Assembly (NCBI GenBank): GCA_973895155.1
Contig: OZ316891.1
Span: 1,355,324-1,419,323, forward strand
Direction: 5' to 3'
DNA from: Marsupella aquatica
Lineage: Eukaryota > Plantae > Marchantiophyta
DNA: 64,000 bases
The notes beneath the pieces were generated by a model, which did no database searches, was not told the origin of the DNA, and saw nothing but the letters and a program-made list of their open reading frames with translations. The position numbers and the translations under genes are program-made. The stretch's first letter is position 1. Each line of letters starts with the position of its first letter. Positions 26,080-39,076 of the stretch are shown in pieces.

Positions 26080-29000
26080 ATGGACGACGACCAAACTGGT
26101 GCAGAAAATGATGGAGCAGGCGACGCTCTCTCCTTTTCACTTCTGTTGGACAAGAGTCTTCCTTCCCTGGTCTGGAAATCCTACCGGCCTGCCTGCATTT
26201 TCCTGCGAATGTGTTCATAGAGAAGTTTGAGCCGTGTCAAGAAATCTGAATCCATGTTATATCTTTGATGCCTTGGCAAGCCTGCCTTTCTGCTCTTGAT
26301 CCTTCGAGAATGTGATGCTAAAACATTGGGTTTAAGGTTCAGGGTTTAAGGTTCAGGGTTTAAGGTTCAGGGTTTAACGTTTTAGGCGTTGTTTTGTCAA
26401 TGTCTCTTGGGATGGAACTGAATGGTTATTTTTTCACACATGCATTCTTCGATTTGGCTATGTTGCTTGAGATAGATGCATTCGAGGTCAGGGTTTATAG
26501 ATTATGCTGATATTACAATTCTGGGTGGAGGAGTAGGATGTGTGCTCTTATACCTGTCGTGCTTTCAGGTTGAAATAGCAGCATGGAACCCTGGAAAGGA
26601 TTTACTAGCTATGGTCACAAACGATCATCAGCTTGTCGTTCACCGTTTAAATTGGCAGAGGCTCTGGGCCGTGACGCCAGGTAACATGTCTGCCGTGGTC
26701 GAGTAGGCTGTTACCGAACTTTCAAATAAATGTTATGAAAATATTAATTGTTTTGCTCGCATTAAATGTATTGGGGCCTATCTGTCTGTGACAGACCTGA
26801 AAGTGACGGCAATCTGTTGGCGTCCCGATGGAAAAGCCCTGGCTGTGGGACACATCAATGGCAGCATCGCAATTCATGACGTGGAGGTTATATTTCACAG
26901 CTTTCATACAATTTGTCAAACTACCAATTTCTTTTCTTTCGCAAAGTCGTAGTACTATGGGCATCCAATTTGGACAAAAGAAGGTCTCCATGGAGGGCAG
27001 TGTAGGTGCGCAGTGACAGCGTTGCCCTTCTTCCGGCTTTCGATGGATAGTGGAGCTGATTATTGCAATTCTTAAGGACAGTAAATCTCTGAGACATTTT
27101 TGCAACTATGTGTGCCGTTTCCCCCTTAGAATGGAGATGTCTTGCGCAAAAATCGGACTCACGAGGTGGCTGTGAAGTGCCTGTACTGGGCCGAAGAAAG
27201 TCAAACCATAATGGTGGGTCTGGTTCTGGATCCCTAGTTTTCACCTTTTTCCAATTCCTGGTTTCCAGTTTTTTGAAGCAAATCAGAAAGTGAACAGAAC
27301 TGAAGATTTTTATTTGAGTAAAACTGTTAATTACCATCAAGATTGCGAGCAATGGAATTCAATCGTGGCAGCTTTCGAACCTTAAATGCCGACTTGAGAT
27401 TTGTCTTGTGTCAAGGGAAGTGAAGACAACGTGTTTATTTATGAGGACCGCACTCTTCGGTTTTTCCCTCCTCCACCCAAGGCACCTCCCATGCCAGGCA
27501 CTGCACCTTCATTTGACATGTCCAATGTGCTTGGGTCCAATATGGAAGATCTAGAAGGCAACAGTCTGAAGGGGACAACAAGAGATATTAAGCATCGACT
27601 TGATATTCTCTGTAGTGGAGATAGGGATGGCCTGATCTGCTTGAGTGCATTTGGGGTGTTTCCTATAGGCAAGCTGGTAAGTTCGAGACCAATTCAACCT
27701 TTCATAGGAAATGAAAGTTTTGTTAAGTTGTTAAAGTATGTCCGTTTTGTTTTGTTTTTCCTTTGCAATGCTTGGCCTTTTCACTTTCCCGAATGATCCT
27801 AGTCTTGTTATGATCTCAATGTCTAGACGTGCGTACGTTCTAAAGTTGGTGTGGCCGTTATTCATTAGTGGTTGGAGGTCAGGTCTAAGAGTTGGATCAC
27901 CTGAGGTTGAATGTCACTGGATGAATGATAGAAATTTGAAATGTAGTGGGAATTCTTACCGGTTCTATGCATTCGCTAATAGATATTTTGGACGTCCATA
28001 ACCGATAAAGTAGCGACTTGGGAGTTGTGGGATTTTGATATGTCTTGTTGATCTGTTCCTTTCATGATTAGACCCTATGGACAAAGGTCGGACTATTGAG
28101 AAGTGAGTATGATGAATAATTTGTTGCTTTACAATTTGCCTTGAAGGGAATGCGTGATCTCACAATCATGGAGCTTGGTACAGATGATAATTCCAAGCGC
28201 TCCTCATGTCAGCTTCTTGATGCATGTGCCCTTCAGGTTTGCCTTCCTCTTTCTCTTACCAGCAGGTCCTTTTTGTTTTTTCCTCCATTCGGTATGGACT
28301 TCAAAATTCATTCACATTTAAACCTATGGGTAGTATTTTGTTCATTATACATTTTCACTTCCATTGGGGTATAATAACAATAGTTTTCTCTGTATAAATC
28401 TTGGTTTGTAATGCTAACAAATGTGAGTTTAAAGCGAATGCATGCCTGTGGTTAAATAAAAATATACGGACCATATGTAAGACACCTCCGCTCAGAAAAG
28501 GTCCTGGGAACTTGTTCTTACTTGGTTTGAGGGCTGGAAAAGCAGGTCTCTCTTTCGAATGATCTTCGACACATGACGGTTGTCTGCAGTGGAAGAAGTA
28601 CCTCTGAAGGTGGGCATGCGTTGGAAGGGACTAGAGATTCAGGGATCTACTGCATCTCTGTTAATACAGCTCTTCTTGGCAATAGGTCGGTTAACTGTGT
28701 TATTGCCTTGACTTTTTGGTTATTGTCATGGATTACCTGCTCAAGAGTTCTTTTCTGAACTGGTACTGGTTTGTGGGACAGGCCATGCTATCCTCTGCAA
28801 TTCATATTTCAGAATAAATTTCTTAAATTGTTGAATGATAATGGATAATCTCTGGTATGAATGTCAACTATGGACGGATGGACTAAGATAACTTCTAATC
28901 TTGTTATGGAAAACCAGTTTGTGGTGTAATCAGTCTGCTTTTAGTGATTTCAAGCCCTCTCTCTCTCTTCTATTTCAGGCGCAAAGAGCTTCGTCAAGTT

Positions 29001-32000
29001 GCTCTGCAAGCATCAAGTGTAGAAGAGCTTGTGGATGTACTGCAGACGTCATTAATCGTGATGGAGAAGCATTGGTCCGAGGCAATTGACTCTTTCAAAG
29101 ATAAGATCAATGGATTTTCAAGGCTAATTTCTGAGCATGGTACTCTTGGAAGCCCTCTATACCTGCTCTTATTGTTTTGAAAATACTGACGCGTTATCTC
29201 TGGAATCCTCCGCCAGACTTCTGGAATGAATGTCATCTCTCACCTCCTTAATGTTTGCCTTAGATGATCTTAGACTGATGCGTTACTGTATGTATTCAGG
29301 CTCAAATGCTACTCCTAAAGATGAATTTCTGGGTGTACTAACTTGGGGATATGCAAGCCCAGCGCTTCAGCAGTTTCTTGCGGTTTCCCTGGGAGAAGCG
29401 GTGAGATTCTCGAGTAGTAGATTAGACCATTGAAAAGAGCCTTCTTACATGTACTCGACGGATGACGGTTGTTTCACCCTATGCTTGATAAGGATCTGAG
29501 GATTGCCAGTGATCGCAACTTGGGGAGGTCTATACTGTAACATTCATGCGAAGGACTGTTTGATCTCAAAGTGCGGTGTATTCCTTACCAGGGGCTGAAG
29601 CGACTTTCTAAAAGCATAGATACTGCTGCCATGGAGCTCCACAACATTATTTCCGAGCACATGCAGGCAAGTCCTAAGAGTACCTTAGAGTAATTTCTCG
29701 TTTGTGTGTGGTTGGTCCTTTGGCCAGATGACGTCCTTGGCCACTTTAAGTTGATTTGTACGTTAATGCCGGTGCCTGCCTCCTTGATCTACATCAGCCA
29801 GCAGCTGAAGTTGTAACATTCCGGTTAGGTGAACTGAGAGGTCTTTCTCGATGGAAAGCTCGACTTGGTTGTGTGGGTCTTGAAGAAGCTCTCTTGGACG
29901 GGGCTCTAGAGCATGCAGGGATGCTCCTCGTGCAGTTGGAGCGGCTTCTTCACATAATCTCAGATACCACTGGTGGAGTAAGTCCCTTGTGCGCAATCTA
30001 AGGTTGTTTTCGGTGACGACTTCATTGTCTGTTTCTCGTTTTTTGGTGTCATTTTAGAAATGGAGCCAAGTTTGCTTATAGGTTTTGAGGATCCCAGCCT
30101 TGGAACTTGGTGACCATCACGAATTTCACCTCCAAGGGCGTTACTGGGGTAGAGAATTAGTCCTGACAATGCTGTATCATCTTGATTGTCTTGAACTAAC
30201 TGAGATTTGTATGCAGTTTCGGCCCTTCTTTGTATGGCTTGTGAAGGTACTGCGGCAAGTGAATCGAGAGTCACTGCCCCAGTCAGAACAGCTACCTAAT
30301 GTTGATAGGTAGGAATATCTCACTGTTTCGATGACTATCAAAAGATAATGTGAATGAGAGATCACATGAGATCTTAACGATGCAGTTCCAGAAAATGCAT
30401 GGGTAAGCAGTGGGTGTGGTTCGCACCCCTGCGTATGTACGTATAACCCCATGGACTTGATGATATGTTGCAATATGTTCTGATTACTTTGAAGACGGCA
30501 CATACCGATATGAAGTACGGGGCTGAGGGATCTGCTTTTGTTTATAACCGAGTTTTTTAATGTTCAACAGTATGGCTGTTGCGACCTTTTTACAAAAGGA
30601 TTTTGAAACGGATCAGATAGGTGGGCATCTCCGCAATTCAATGGACGTATCCTTGGAGGTTTCACGGCAAGTCCTCTATCGTTCCGCGTAAAATAGGATA
30701 GCTCATTCAAACAATTTAACATGGCATCAGAATCCGTCAGGTTTTCCAAAGAAATTGGTGTTTACCAGAGTGATTAATTCATTGCAAGAAGTGGGGAAGA
30801 GTTAGAGTTTAAATGTTTCTGTACAGTTCTGGAGACATGGGTGTCTTATTTTTCAAGTTTTGTGCATAAAAATCATTCAGCTAAATGGCCTCGGCAATCT
30901 TCTGATGCTTTAAAATGTTTTCGTTCCTTTAGTTTGTGTGGAAGGTAGCCTTAGTATCTAGGTTAAGCTAATCCTCTGGACTCAGTTACAATCTTCTCTT
31001 GTATTGCAACTCTACCATTTGCATTGATTAACGTAGGTTGTTAACACCCAATTTTTAGTTTGAGTTGGGGGTATCTTATCTTTCTTACACGCCGTCCAAC
31101 AAAAATCACAATATGAAATTCCAGTGAGCTAGTGGAGATGATGGAGGAAGTTGCCATAATGGGAGGTTACAAGGACACAAAATTTCTGCAGCGTACTCTC
31201 GCTCAAGAAGTTAATTTGCTTGCTCAAAGGTGTGGTCTACATAACCTTGTGGGTGAAGATATGCGTCACTATTTGATGGCTTTCACTTCAAACTGATTGA
31301 AATCAGAGGTGGTCTGGTGCCCAGTCTTGTGTTGGACGTTACCTAGGAGGTCATACTTAATACCTCGTTGGATCAGTTCCCTTGCTTGTCCATAAATTAT
31401 CACTAGTTATCATTGCTATGTATCGATACCACATCACGAGTGTTTTCTGCCTCTTGCAGTTGTCAGGAAGCCTTCACAAAGCCATTAAAGGTTGTGTCAC
31501 CACAGCTTGGTTCACCCCACATGATTTCGTTAGGGGAGATGGGTTTCTCCCCAAATCGACCAATGTCTTTGACATATTTTGAGGTTGGGATGGAAATACC
31601 AGGGGTCCTTGTCCAATCGTTATATAAATTCATGGAATGCTTGCCCTCGAGTATCTCTTGAATTGTCTATGACTAGAAAATAAACAAGGAAAAAAACCAT
31701 TTATTTTCTGAGCTGCTTATGGTCAGTCCAAGCCGTACAGAAAGTCCAAGGGCGTAGTATGATTTTTCTTGCTTCACACATCAATTTGAGTTGTTAGTCA
31801 TAACGTCCATATTCTGGCTTCGTCCGTTATGAATTTCTTGCCTGTTGCATGATCTTATTTTGGAGCATGTTTAAGCTGTGGTAGTGATGTACATCTGTGC
31901 CTCAAATTCAGGCGAAGCAAGACAACGATACCGAACTGGAGTCGGAAGACCGGTTACCTTTGGTAGAGTACGTCTGCTTTCACAATTCTGGGTTAGAGGA

Positions 32001-33219
32001 CCAGAGTGTGGTGGGCATACTGCGAGGGTTTGGATCAGGCAATGGAGCGGGTGATGGGAATAAAGGCTCCCTTGCAGAGGCTCTCAGCCTGCATCTTGAT
32101 GAAAGTCTGCGTTGCCTTGACTTGGCTCTATACAAAGTTAGTCCGTCTACTTCGTCTATGAATCTTGGAGTTTTCTTCTTGGAGTTATTTCGTCCAATAT
32201 TAGACTTACTGTAACAATAACTGCTTGTCGGCCAACTTAAGTGATGCCTGAAATGCTGTTGTCCTTGCGTTCTGCCACAATTAGATGTGACGGTGGCTAG
32301 AAAACGATCTTATTCGTTGATGTTTTTTGTTTCCGTCATGGATGCAGAAAAGACAGCTTCTTTTACTGGTTACAGACAGAAGTCACGACTCAGAAGAAGG
32401 GTCGGGACAAGCCTGGCTTATGCTCTTGCCGCTGGATGATCTTCTGTTTCACGAGTTGACTTTAGCAACCTTCACTACGAGGAACCCACTGCACCTTCGC
32501 TCATCCAGTGTAAGTACTCTCTTGATGGAATATTGAGCTTCCCATGTGAGGCATGGTTGGGTCACTATCTCCCAAATTCTTAAAGTTCAGAATATTGGCT
32601 GCGGACCTCTTCCTTAAGTTCTGTGAGACGTGGGTGGCATCGGGTCTATTCTATCTTCCGGGTTTTGGAAGTAATTTGCATTAGTGTTAGTGTCTAGAAA
32701 TTATGGCTGGCATACCCTTAAATTTTTGATTAGGAATGTTAAGACGATGATCCATTGTGACGATCAATTTTTGTGCAGGAAGCCGGAGCAGATATAGGCC
32801 TAACGGACGGTAAAGTGCGGGAACTTCCCTTGGCTGATGTGGTAGTTCCACTGGCTGTAAGTGGTATGTGCTGTTCTTTCTTTTCATGCCCTTTAGTTCT
32901 TATCTCCCAGGATGTACGTAATATTTTGTCTGGGCTTTGTGAAAGTTGCGGTAACCGGTCATGTAACTACCACACATTTGCTATTTCTATAAATTGGTCA
33001 CAAGGTAGATGAAAGCGTACATTTTCAAACGTCAATGGGCTTCTAAACTAATTCTGAAACGGGTTTTCTTGTGAGGCACTGAAGTCATTTCTGACATTCT
33101 GAAATCTCCGCCTGATAACAGCATCTAGGGGCCTGGCCTGTGTGTTCACGAGCCAAAGGCGTATGCTGCTATTTGACCTTGAAGAAGATGAAGACGTAAA
33201 AGGTGAAGATCTGGACTAA
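26080..33219 (+). CDS. APC4: Anaphase-promoting complex subunit 4, multi-exon
   Basis: MDDDQTG...[12 protein letters not shown]|[17 protein letters not shown]...[10 protein letters not shown]; [13 protein letters not shown]; [23 protein letters not shown]; [20 protein letters not shown]; [30 protein letters not shown]...* (TAA 33217-33219). Confidence 0.93.
26328..26377 (+). repeat. Telomere-like 14-bp tandem repeat (GGGTTTAAGGTTCA) x3.5 in APC4 intron 1
   Basis: Alternating TTTAAGG and TTCAGGG, each a one-mismatch variant of the plant telomere unit TTTAGGG. Confidence 0.75.
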
Positions 33220-34299
33220 GGTTTCATCCATTTTTGCCGATCAGCACACTTCCCGCCGGTGATCACAAGTGTCCAGATTTTGTTAAATGGAACCTCTTGT
33301 GAGCGGAATCAATTTGCAAGCAAGGTGAAGGCCAGATGAAGGGCAGTTTGCTCAAGACTTATTCCCTTCTCAGATTCAACCCACTGAGGGAATTTTCAAG
33401 ATCTCTTGTGAGTCTATTTCTACTGCATGCTGTCAAGGACAGTCAGAAGCATGTAAGGTGGCTCAATTTTGGAGTATCGTTATACAAAGCCCCAGGGCGG
33501 CTCTTATCAATGGATAATGATTCAACACTCAACATCTACCGCAAGGCTTGTCTACGCCAATTTTCCTAGCGCATTACACAGCCCCAGAGTGTCTCTTGTC
33601 AAAGGGATATTGACCCTAAGCTCAACATCTACGGCAGGGCTGGTCTTCGCCAGCGGACATATGCTGGCCAATCTTCGTTTGCTTCTTCCGTTTGTGTCAC
33701 GTAAAAGTGCAAACATGGATTCAAATTGGCTGGTGGTGGCGTACTCGAGTCTTACGGTATTTAAGTTGGTTTTGGTGGATCTTGTTGGTCCCTGAAAGAT
33801 CTTCATAACCATTATTGTCCTGGAGTCGAAAGTTTAGATGTTAATTCTATAAGAAGGATTTGATCGCTGCATGTAGATTCAATTAGGGATGCCTAGGACG
33901 TGGATTCACGTCACAATGTTGTTTTTCAGGATACAAACTTCAATAAATGCACAGATCCAAGTCCGGGGGGAGACGAGCACAATATCTCTACTTCACGAGT
34001 TGAAGAACCACAAACCTCGTAGCAGTGTCCACATCTGCGACATGTCTGGCAACTAAAGCCGACTACCTAGCACTGTTTTGATACTGCAAGTCTGCAAGAC
34101 ATCTACTGTACGTTCCCCTCGTTGGAAATGGTAGGAGACCCACCTCTCTACGGAGGCCCTAGTAGTGACGACATCATAAATCACTGGTGCGGAGTGTAGT
34201 GTGAGGATAGGCCCACGCTTTCTAAGGGGTAAGTAGATTGGCGATGGTCTGAGATTGATTTGCCCGTTTTCAGCTCAAGTCGCCACAATACCATTGTAG

Positions 34300-34428
34300 G
34301 TGATGATACTTCCAATCGGATAGAAAGAGAGTTCATATTTCAAATAGAAAGGTCGTCAGTATCATTCCATACATGACGGTGATGATACTTCCAATCGGAT
34401 AGCAAGAGAGTTCATATTTCAAATAGAT
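34300..34428. repeat. Short direct duplication of about 50 bp with a period of about 79 bp
   Basis: gtgatgatacttccaatcggatag.aagagagttcatatttcaaataga occurs twice. Confidence 0.85.
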
Positions 34429-35144
34429 CAGGTGCAAGATTGAAGTTAGGTCGTCAATATCATTCCGTAAGCGCTCCAATGCACGATGCATGGTTTGAGA
34501 TACAGCTCCTCGATCATAGCACGAATTACTAGTGGTCCTAATCAAAGCAGTCAGAGATTGAAGTCGTAACAAAATTCCATAACCACAACTGCATTTTCTT
34601 GCCAAACACAACGGTGCGGCTTCAGCGACTGAACGAGGATTGTCCGGCCGCTAGGTCTTCTACAGTTAAGCCGTTTGAAGGAAGTTAGCACCGTTATATA
34701 GAAGCTCAAACAGATTACTATTTTACAGAGAAATGACTTTCAATTCGAAGTTAAATGACATTTCCTTCCAATAGAAGGAAGCTTTTATATTCCGAGTAAA
34801 AGTGGAATAGACACAGACATGCATAGATAACCTCAGTGGATCAAGTTTCCGAATGCACATGGAAGACCGGTTCCATACTATTAATTCGCCAAAGGACCAC
34901 ATCAAAAGCAAAAACCCGTAATCACACTCGAACCATTCTCGACATCCTCAATTCCCTGCCTTCAGCTCTACATTAATGCACAGCTCAGATATTCAAAATA
35001 GACTAACTCGGAGTGCCGAGCTGATGGACGAGGAAAAGTATACGGGTGTAAATCCACTTTTGACTGGCATCGCAAAAGTACTTTATCCAATCTCTCCCAA
35101 AACAAGGTATACAATATTATGAAAATCTTTTGCTGTGACCTATC

Positions 35145-35924
35145 CTAATCCTCCTCTTCAATCACCTTCGTACCCAAGTTCGAGAAACCCTCAGGAGGAG
35201 CCTCAGCGGCAGTGACGTAGGAGTAAAGCTCCTCCTTCGCGTCCTCATCGTCGTTCCGCTTCCTGGCGATGCGGATGCGGATCCTTGTGGGAACGTTCCT
35301 AACGCCTCTGCTCCAGATGTGCTTATTCAATTTCACATCAAGTCTCACGTCGCTTGTTCCCATTGCTTTTTGGGCAAACTTGCGGATCTCCTTCACGGCC
35401 TTTGGAGCCATCTTCTTGAAAGTACTGAGCACAGAAATCAAACCCAGCCATTACTCGCAATCAACGACTGCGTTTCCTCAGACAACCCAGTCAAACCAAA
35501 CCACACACGGGACAACTCACCGAACAAAAACCCAGAGAGACAAACTACCAGACGAACAAATCTTTTTCACAGCCTTCGGAGCCGTCTCCTTGAAACGACT
35601 GAGCATGAACCTAAGCGAACAAAACCCAATCACCCGATGAACGACTGCGTTCATCAAACATCCCAATCAAACCAAACCATTCACCGGACAGCGAAATCAA
35701 CGAATAAACGGAGATAACAGACGGATGGCGTCCTTCGTGAGTGTTCCCGGTCCCAATAATGTTCGACTCTCTACGACTCTGTAAAGTGTTCATTTCAAGG
35801 CAAAACCAGACAACCAGGTTCACGAAGCGCGACTTTCTTACCATCCATGGAGTCTCTTGTGGAGGTTCACGGTGTACTCTCGCGTGACGACCTCATCCTT
35901 GCGGCTCTTGCCCTTCTCCACCAT
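35145..35924 (-). CDS. RPL31: 60S ribosomal protein L31 (eL31), 2 coding exons: 35842-35924 and 35145-35424
   Basis: [28 protein letters not shown]|[68 protein letters not shown]...*. Confidence 0.97.
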
Positions 35925-36083
35925 GGCTGCGGCTTCCGGCAACGATGGCAGCACTGTAATTCCCGAGTGTGAAGCGAGCGCTCGCGGAGACTGAGGCGAG
36001 AGAAAGAGAGAGCAAACCGAGAGGCAACGCTAAGAGTGCACCAAAACTGCAGCGAGAAGTATCGCTACTGCTCCGCCGGCCTC

Positions 36084-37605
36084 TTCATGCTCTAGGGTTT
36101 CTTGTCGACCCTCTCTCGGGCCTGTCCGCCGGTCTCCCCACGGTCTAGGGTTTCTTGCGGTCCGGGACCCCTGGATCCTTCTCTCCTCTCCAGAAATTTA
36201 CGCCATTGGACCTGGACACAAATACAATACAATACAACACAATACAATACAAGGTGTAGAATTACTTGCATAGCACATTCTACGCTTCTGATACACAACG
36301 ACATATAAACTCAATATTCATGCATGAATGAAGTATTAAACCAGTAATAGAAATGAAATGTTTGTAATTTCTTTCATAGCACATTGTACCCCTATTTCAT
36401 CCAAAGCTTACATGTAAAAATACATTTGACAATTGATTGAAAGCGGATCCCTGTCAACCTTAGGCCCAACTCGCATGTATGCAGACCTGAAGCATTTGGC
36501 CCTATGCACTTGCACAATTGTTGCGGAAAAGTTAGATCTTGTTTCTCCTATGTGTGATGATGTCTTTGCCCATGGATTCCCACATATGCAGGACATTTTG
36601 TTTTATCAAACATGCAAATGACGGGACCTTGCCCTTGGTTTTGCAGGTTTATGGCATAAGCCCTTAGTGCCTGAAGTTGAGGTAGATCCATAGTATTCTC
36701 AATGAATCCTTCAATGCCATGTCTGAAGTAGAGGGCTGCTTACATGTGAGTTGGGCCTTTTTTAATGTTTTTAAGGGCAGCAGTGCGCCCGTTTATTCCA
36801 AAGGCCACCGCGGCGAAAACCAGCAGGGCACAAAAACAAACAACAAACCCAAAGGGCCAAAGCACACATGAACCACACTGAAATGGGCAAATCCACCCAA
36901 AGGAAACCACTAACACCCCCAACAAAGAATTACATGCAAGAACAAGGGCCAACCACCCAACAGAAGTCAAGAGCTCTGAAACAAAGCACCTCCCAAAAGA
37001 GGAGTTGGCTGACCCCAAGCAACAGCAAGTCAGACTCCCTAGAAATGGGACAAAAGGGAGAGCATGGTCATCGCATCATTCTCCTGGGCAATCATAGTAG
37101 TGAGATCACTGAGTGTACGACTCAACCGTCGAGCCTTTTGTACACTGGTAGTACATTGAAGCGTAGCATGAACAATTACTGCAGCTCCATGGAGAATGAG
37201 ATGCAATGGGAACCGAGCAGAGTTAGCTCGAAAAGTGCATTGGCAACTCTCCAACCAGATGCTACGAATCATCATGTGAATAAGAAGAAGGAAGCCAGGG
37301 TTGCGTCTTTGAGACCTAATCGCAATATCAAGCTTGCCAAAGAAAGAGCAGCCTGCAGCCTTGCCCAAACTAGTGCCCACTGATGTGTCCTCAAGTTGCA
37401 TCCATAGTGGGCGAAGCTGACAACAATCATAGAACATATATGGACCAGCCTTATTCTTGTCCATGCTGGGTTCTTGTCGTCCCTCCTTGTTGGTTTGACC
37501 TCTCTCGAGCCTGCCTGCCGCCCTCTTGATGGTTTATGTTTTCTTGTGGTTCTGGACCCCTGGATCATTGTCTTCCTCTCCAAAATCTTACCTAGTTCAA
37601 GCTGA
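36084..37605. repeat. Diverged direct repeats of about 130 bp (36084-36215 and about 37462-37605) bracketing about 1.25 kb
   Basis: ccctctctcgggcctgtccgcc...gtttcttgcggtccgggacccctggatccttctctcctctccagaaattta versus cctctctcgagcctgcctgcc...ttttcttgtggttctggacccctggatcattgtcttcctctccaaaatctta. Confidence 0.7.
36092..36153 (-). promoter_or_regulatory. Two telo-boxes (AAACCCTAG) upstream of RPL31
   Basis: ctagggttt at 36092-36100 and 36145-36153. Telo-boxes are established elements of plant ribosomal-protein promoters. Confidence 0.65.
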
Positions 37606-38602
37606 AAGCTCAAATGGACGCAGAAGTTGACATGCTCAGATGGGGTGAAGTACAAATGACCATACTTGCCAAATCATTTATGTCAATTAGCAATATTTCC
37701 AGTCCCCAACTCCTTCCCCAACTCCATCTGTGCTTTTTATTTTCCTTTCATCTGGTCATTGGAAAGTTTTGAGAAACACATTATCTTCAAATTTGTAGTG
37801 GCATAAAAACTTTTAGCCAAATCAGCTTGAGACAACAAAGTTATGGCTGAAAACTCTTTTGATGGAGTTTAGGATTCTACTATTGATGCACCTCAATTGT
37901 ACAGAAATAATACTCAAAAAAGAACTCTTGACAAACTTAATGTACTGTCAGGTCATTGTGCACACCGCCACCATCATCAACATCTGATTACCAAGCCACT
38001 CCCCCACTTCCCTCTCACTATCTGGCTCATCTCCAACTCATGGAAAATGACAATTTCAAATATATGTCCAGAATTAGTGAAATCACTGATATTACTTTAG
38101 CCTTTCAAAAGTATAGCACAATTTCCCTACATAGTTCTTTAGATTTCAGTTTTTACTTTGACAATAATGTAAACCTATTAAATCAATCAATTATGGTTTA
38201 TGTAAAAAAACATTAAGAATATTCCTATATATGCATCCTAAATCTTTCCCAAGTTTCAGAAAAGTACCTAAAATATTTCTTAGGGAACCTAATGGTTGCT
38301 GGGGTAACCCTATGATGACATGTAACATGAATTTGACCAATAATGGGAATTTTCAGTGAATTCTTCGTGTATTCTGTCCATGCAATGGTCTTGTTGTCCC
38401 ACCTTGTGGCCTGACATCTCTCAGGCATGTCCACCGGCCTCTCGATGGTTCCATAATCAGGTTCCCTGCAAGCAATTGTGAATGCAATATTCCAGAACAT
38501 CCACCAGAAAAAAGTATAGAAAATCAAAAGTAGAGGAGCTGTAAACAAAAAATGTAGCATGAGTGAAGCAAGGGTGTACTTGTCAGAAAAAATTACATTC
38601 AA

Positions 38603-39076
38603 GGTCTAGAGGTTTCACTCTAGACCATAGGCTGCAGTTATATGAATCTCCAAGCACCAAAGGCAGCCAAGATCAAACAAGCCCTAAGAAAGTACTTTTG
38701 GGATCAAGAAAAGCTCATGATTATTATGATTCATGTTGTCCATTTCCTTTACCCCAATTCATGGAAGGAACCCAAACATGCCCTTTATGTGATGCAAAAT
38801 TTTAGACCTTGACTGTGAGGGCTTAACTCAAGTTGAGGTCCCAGGTGAAAAAAGGGGATTGGGGGCAAAATGAGTCTCTGAAAATGGCAACTGAAAACCT
38901 CATCCGGATTGGTGACTAGGCGAGTGACTAGGTAATGGGCTTGAATGTACTCATCCTTATTAATGTTCAAAGAACAAGCATTCAGGCTCTACAAGATAAT
39001 TGCAATGATATGTTACTAAAAGTGTCAACTGAAGCCTACTCTTGAGAACCTAGGTCTAGAGTGAAGCCTCTAGACC
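38603..39076. mobile_element. MITE-like element with ~28-bp terminal inverted repeats that are themselves hairpins
   Basis: Left ggtctagaggtttcactctagaccatagg (38603-38631). Right cctaggtctagagtgaagcctctagacc (39049-39076) is a near-perfect reverse complement. No clear TSD. Confidence 0.65.

Noticed and set aside
30648-30656. GTATCCTT, resembling a U12-type 5' splice site in APC4
   Set aside because: The reading frame continues through it (DVSLEVS) and the downstream donor fits the next exon's phase. No U12 branch site was recognised.
36868-37655. Overlapping 127-171 aa ORFs upstream of RPL31
   Set aside because: No recognisable motifs, and they lie in repeat-bounded, TE-like DNA.
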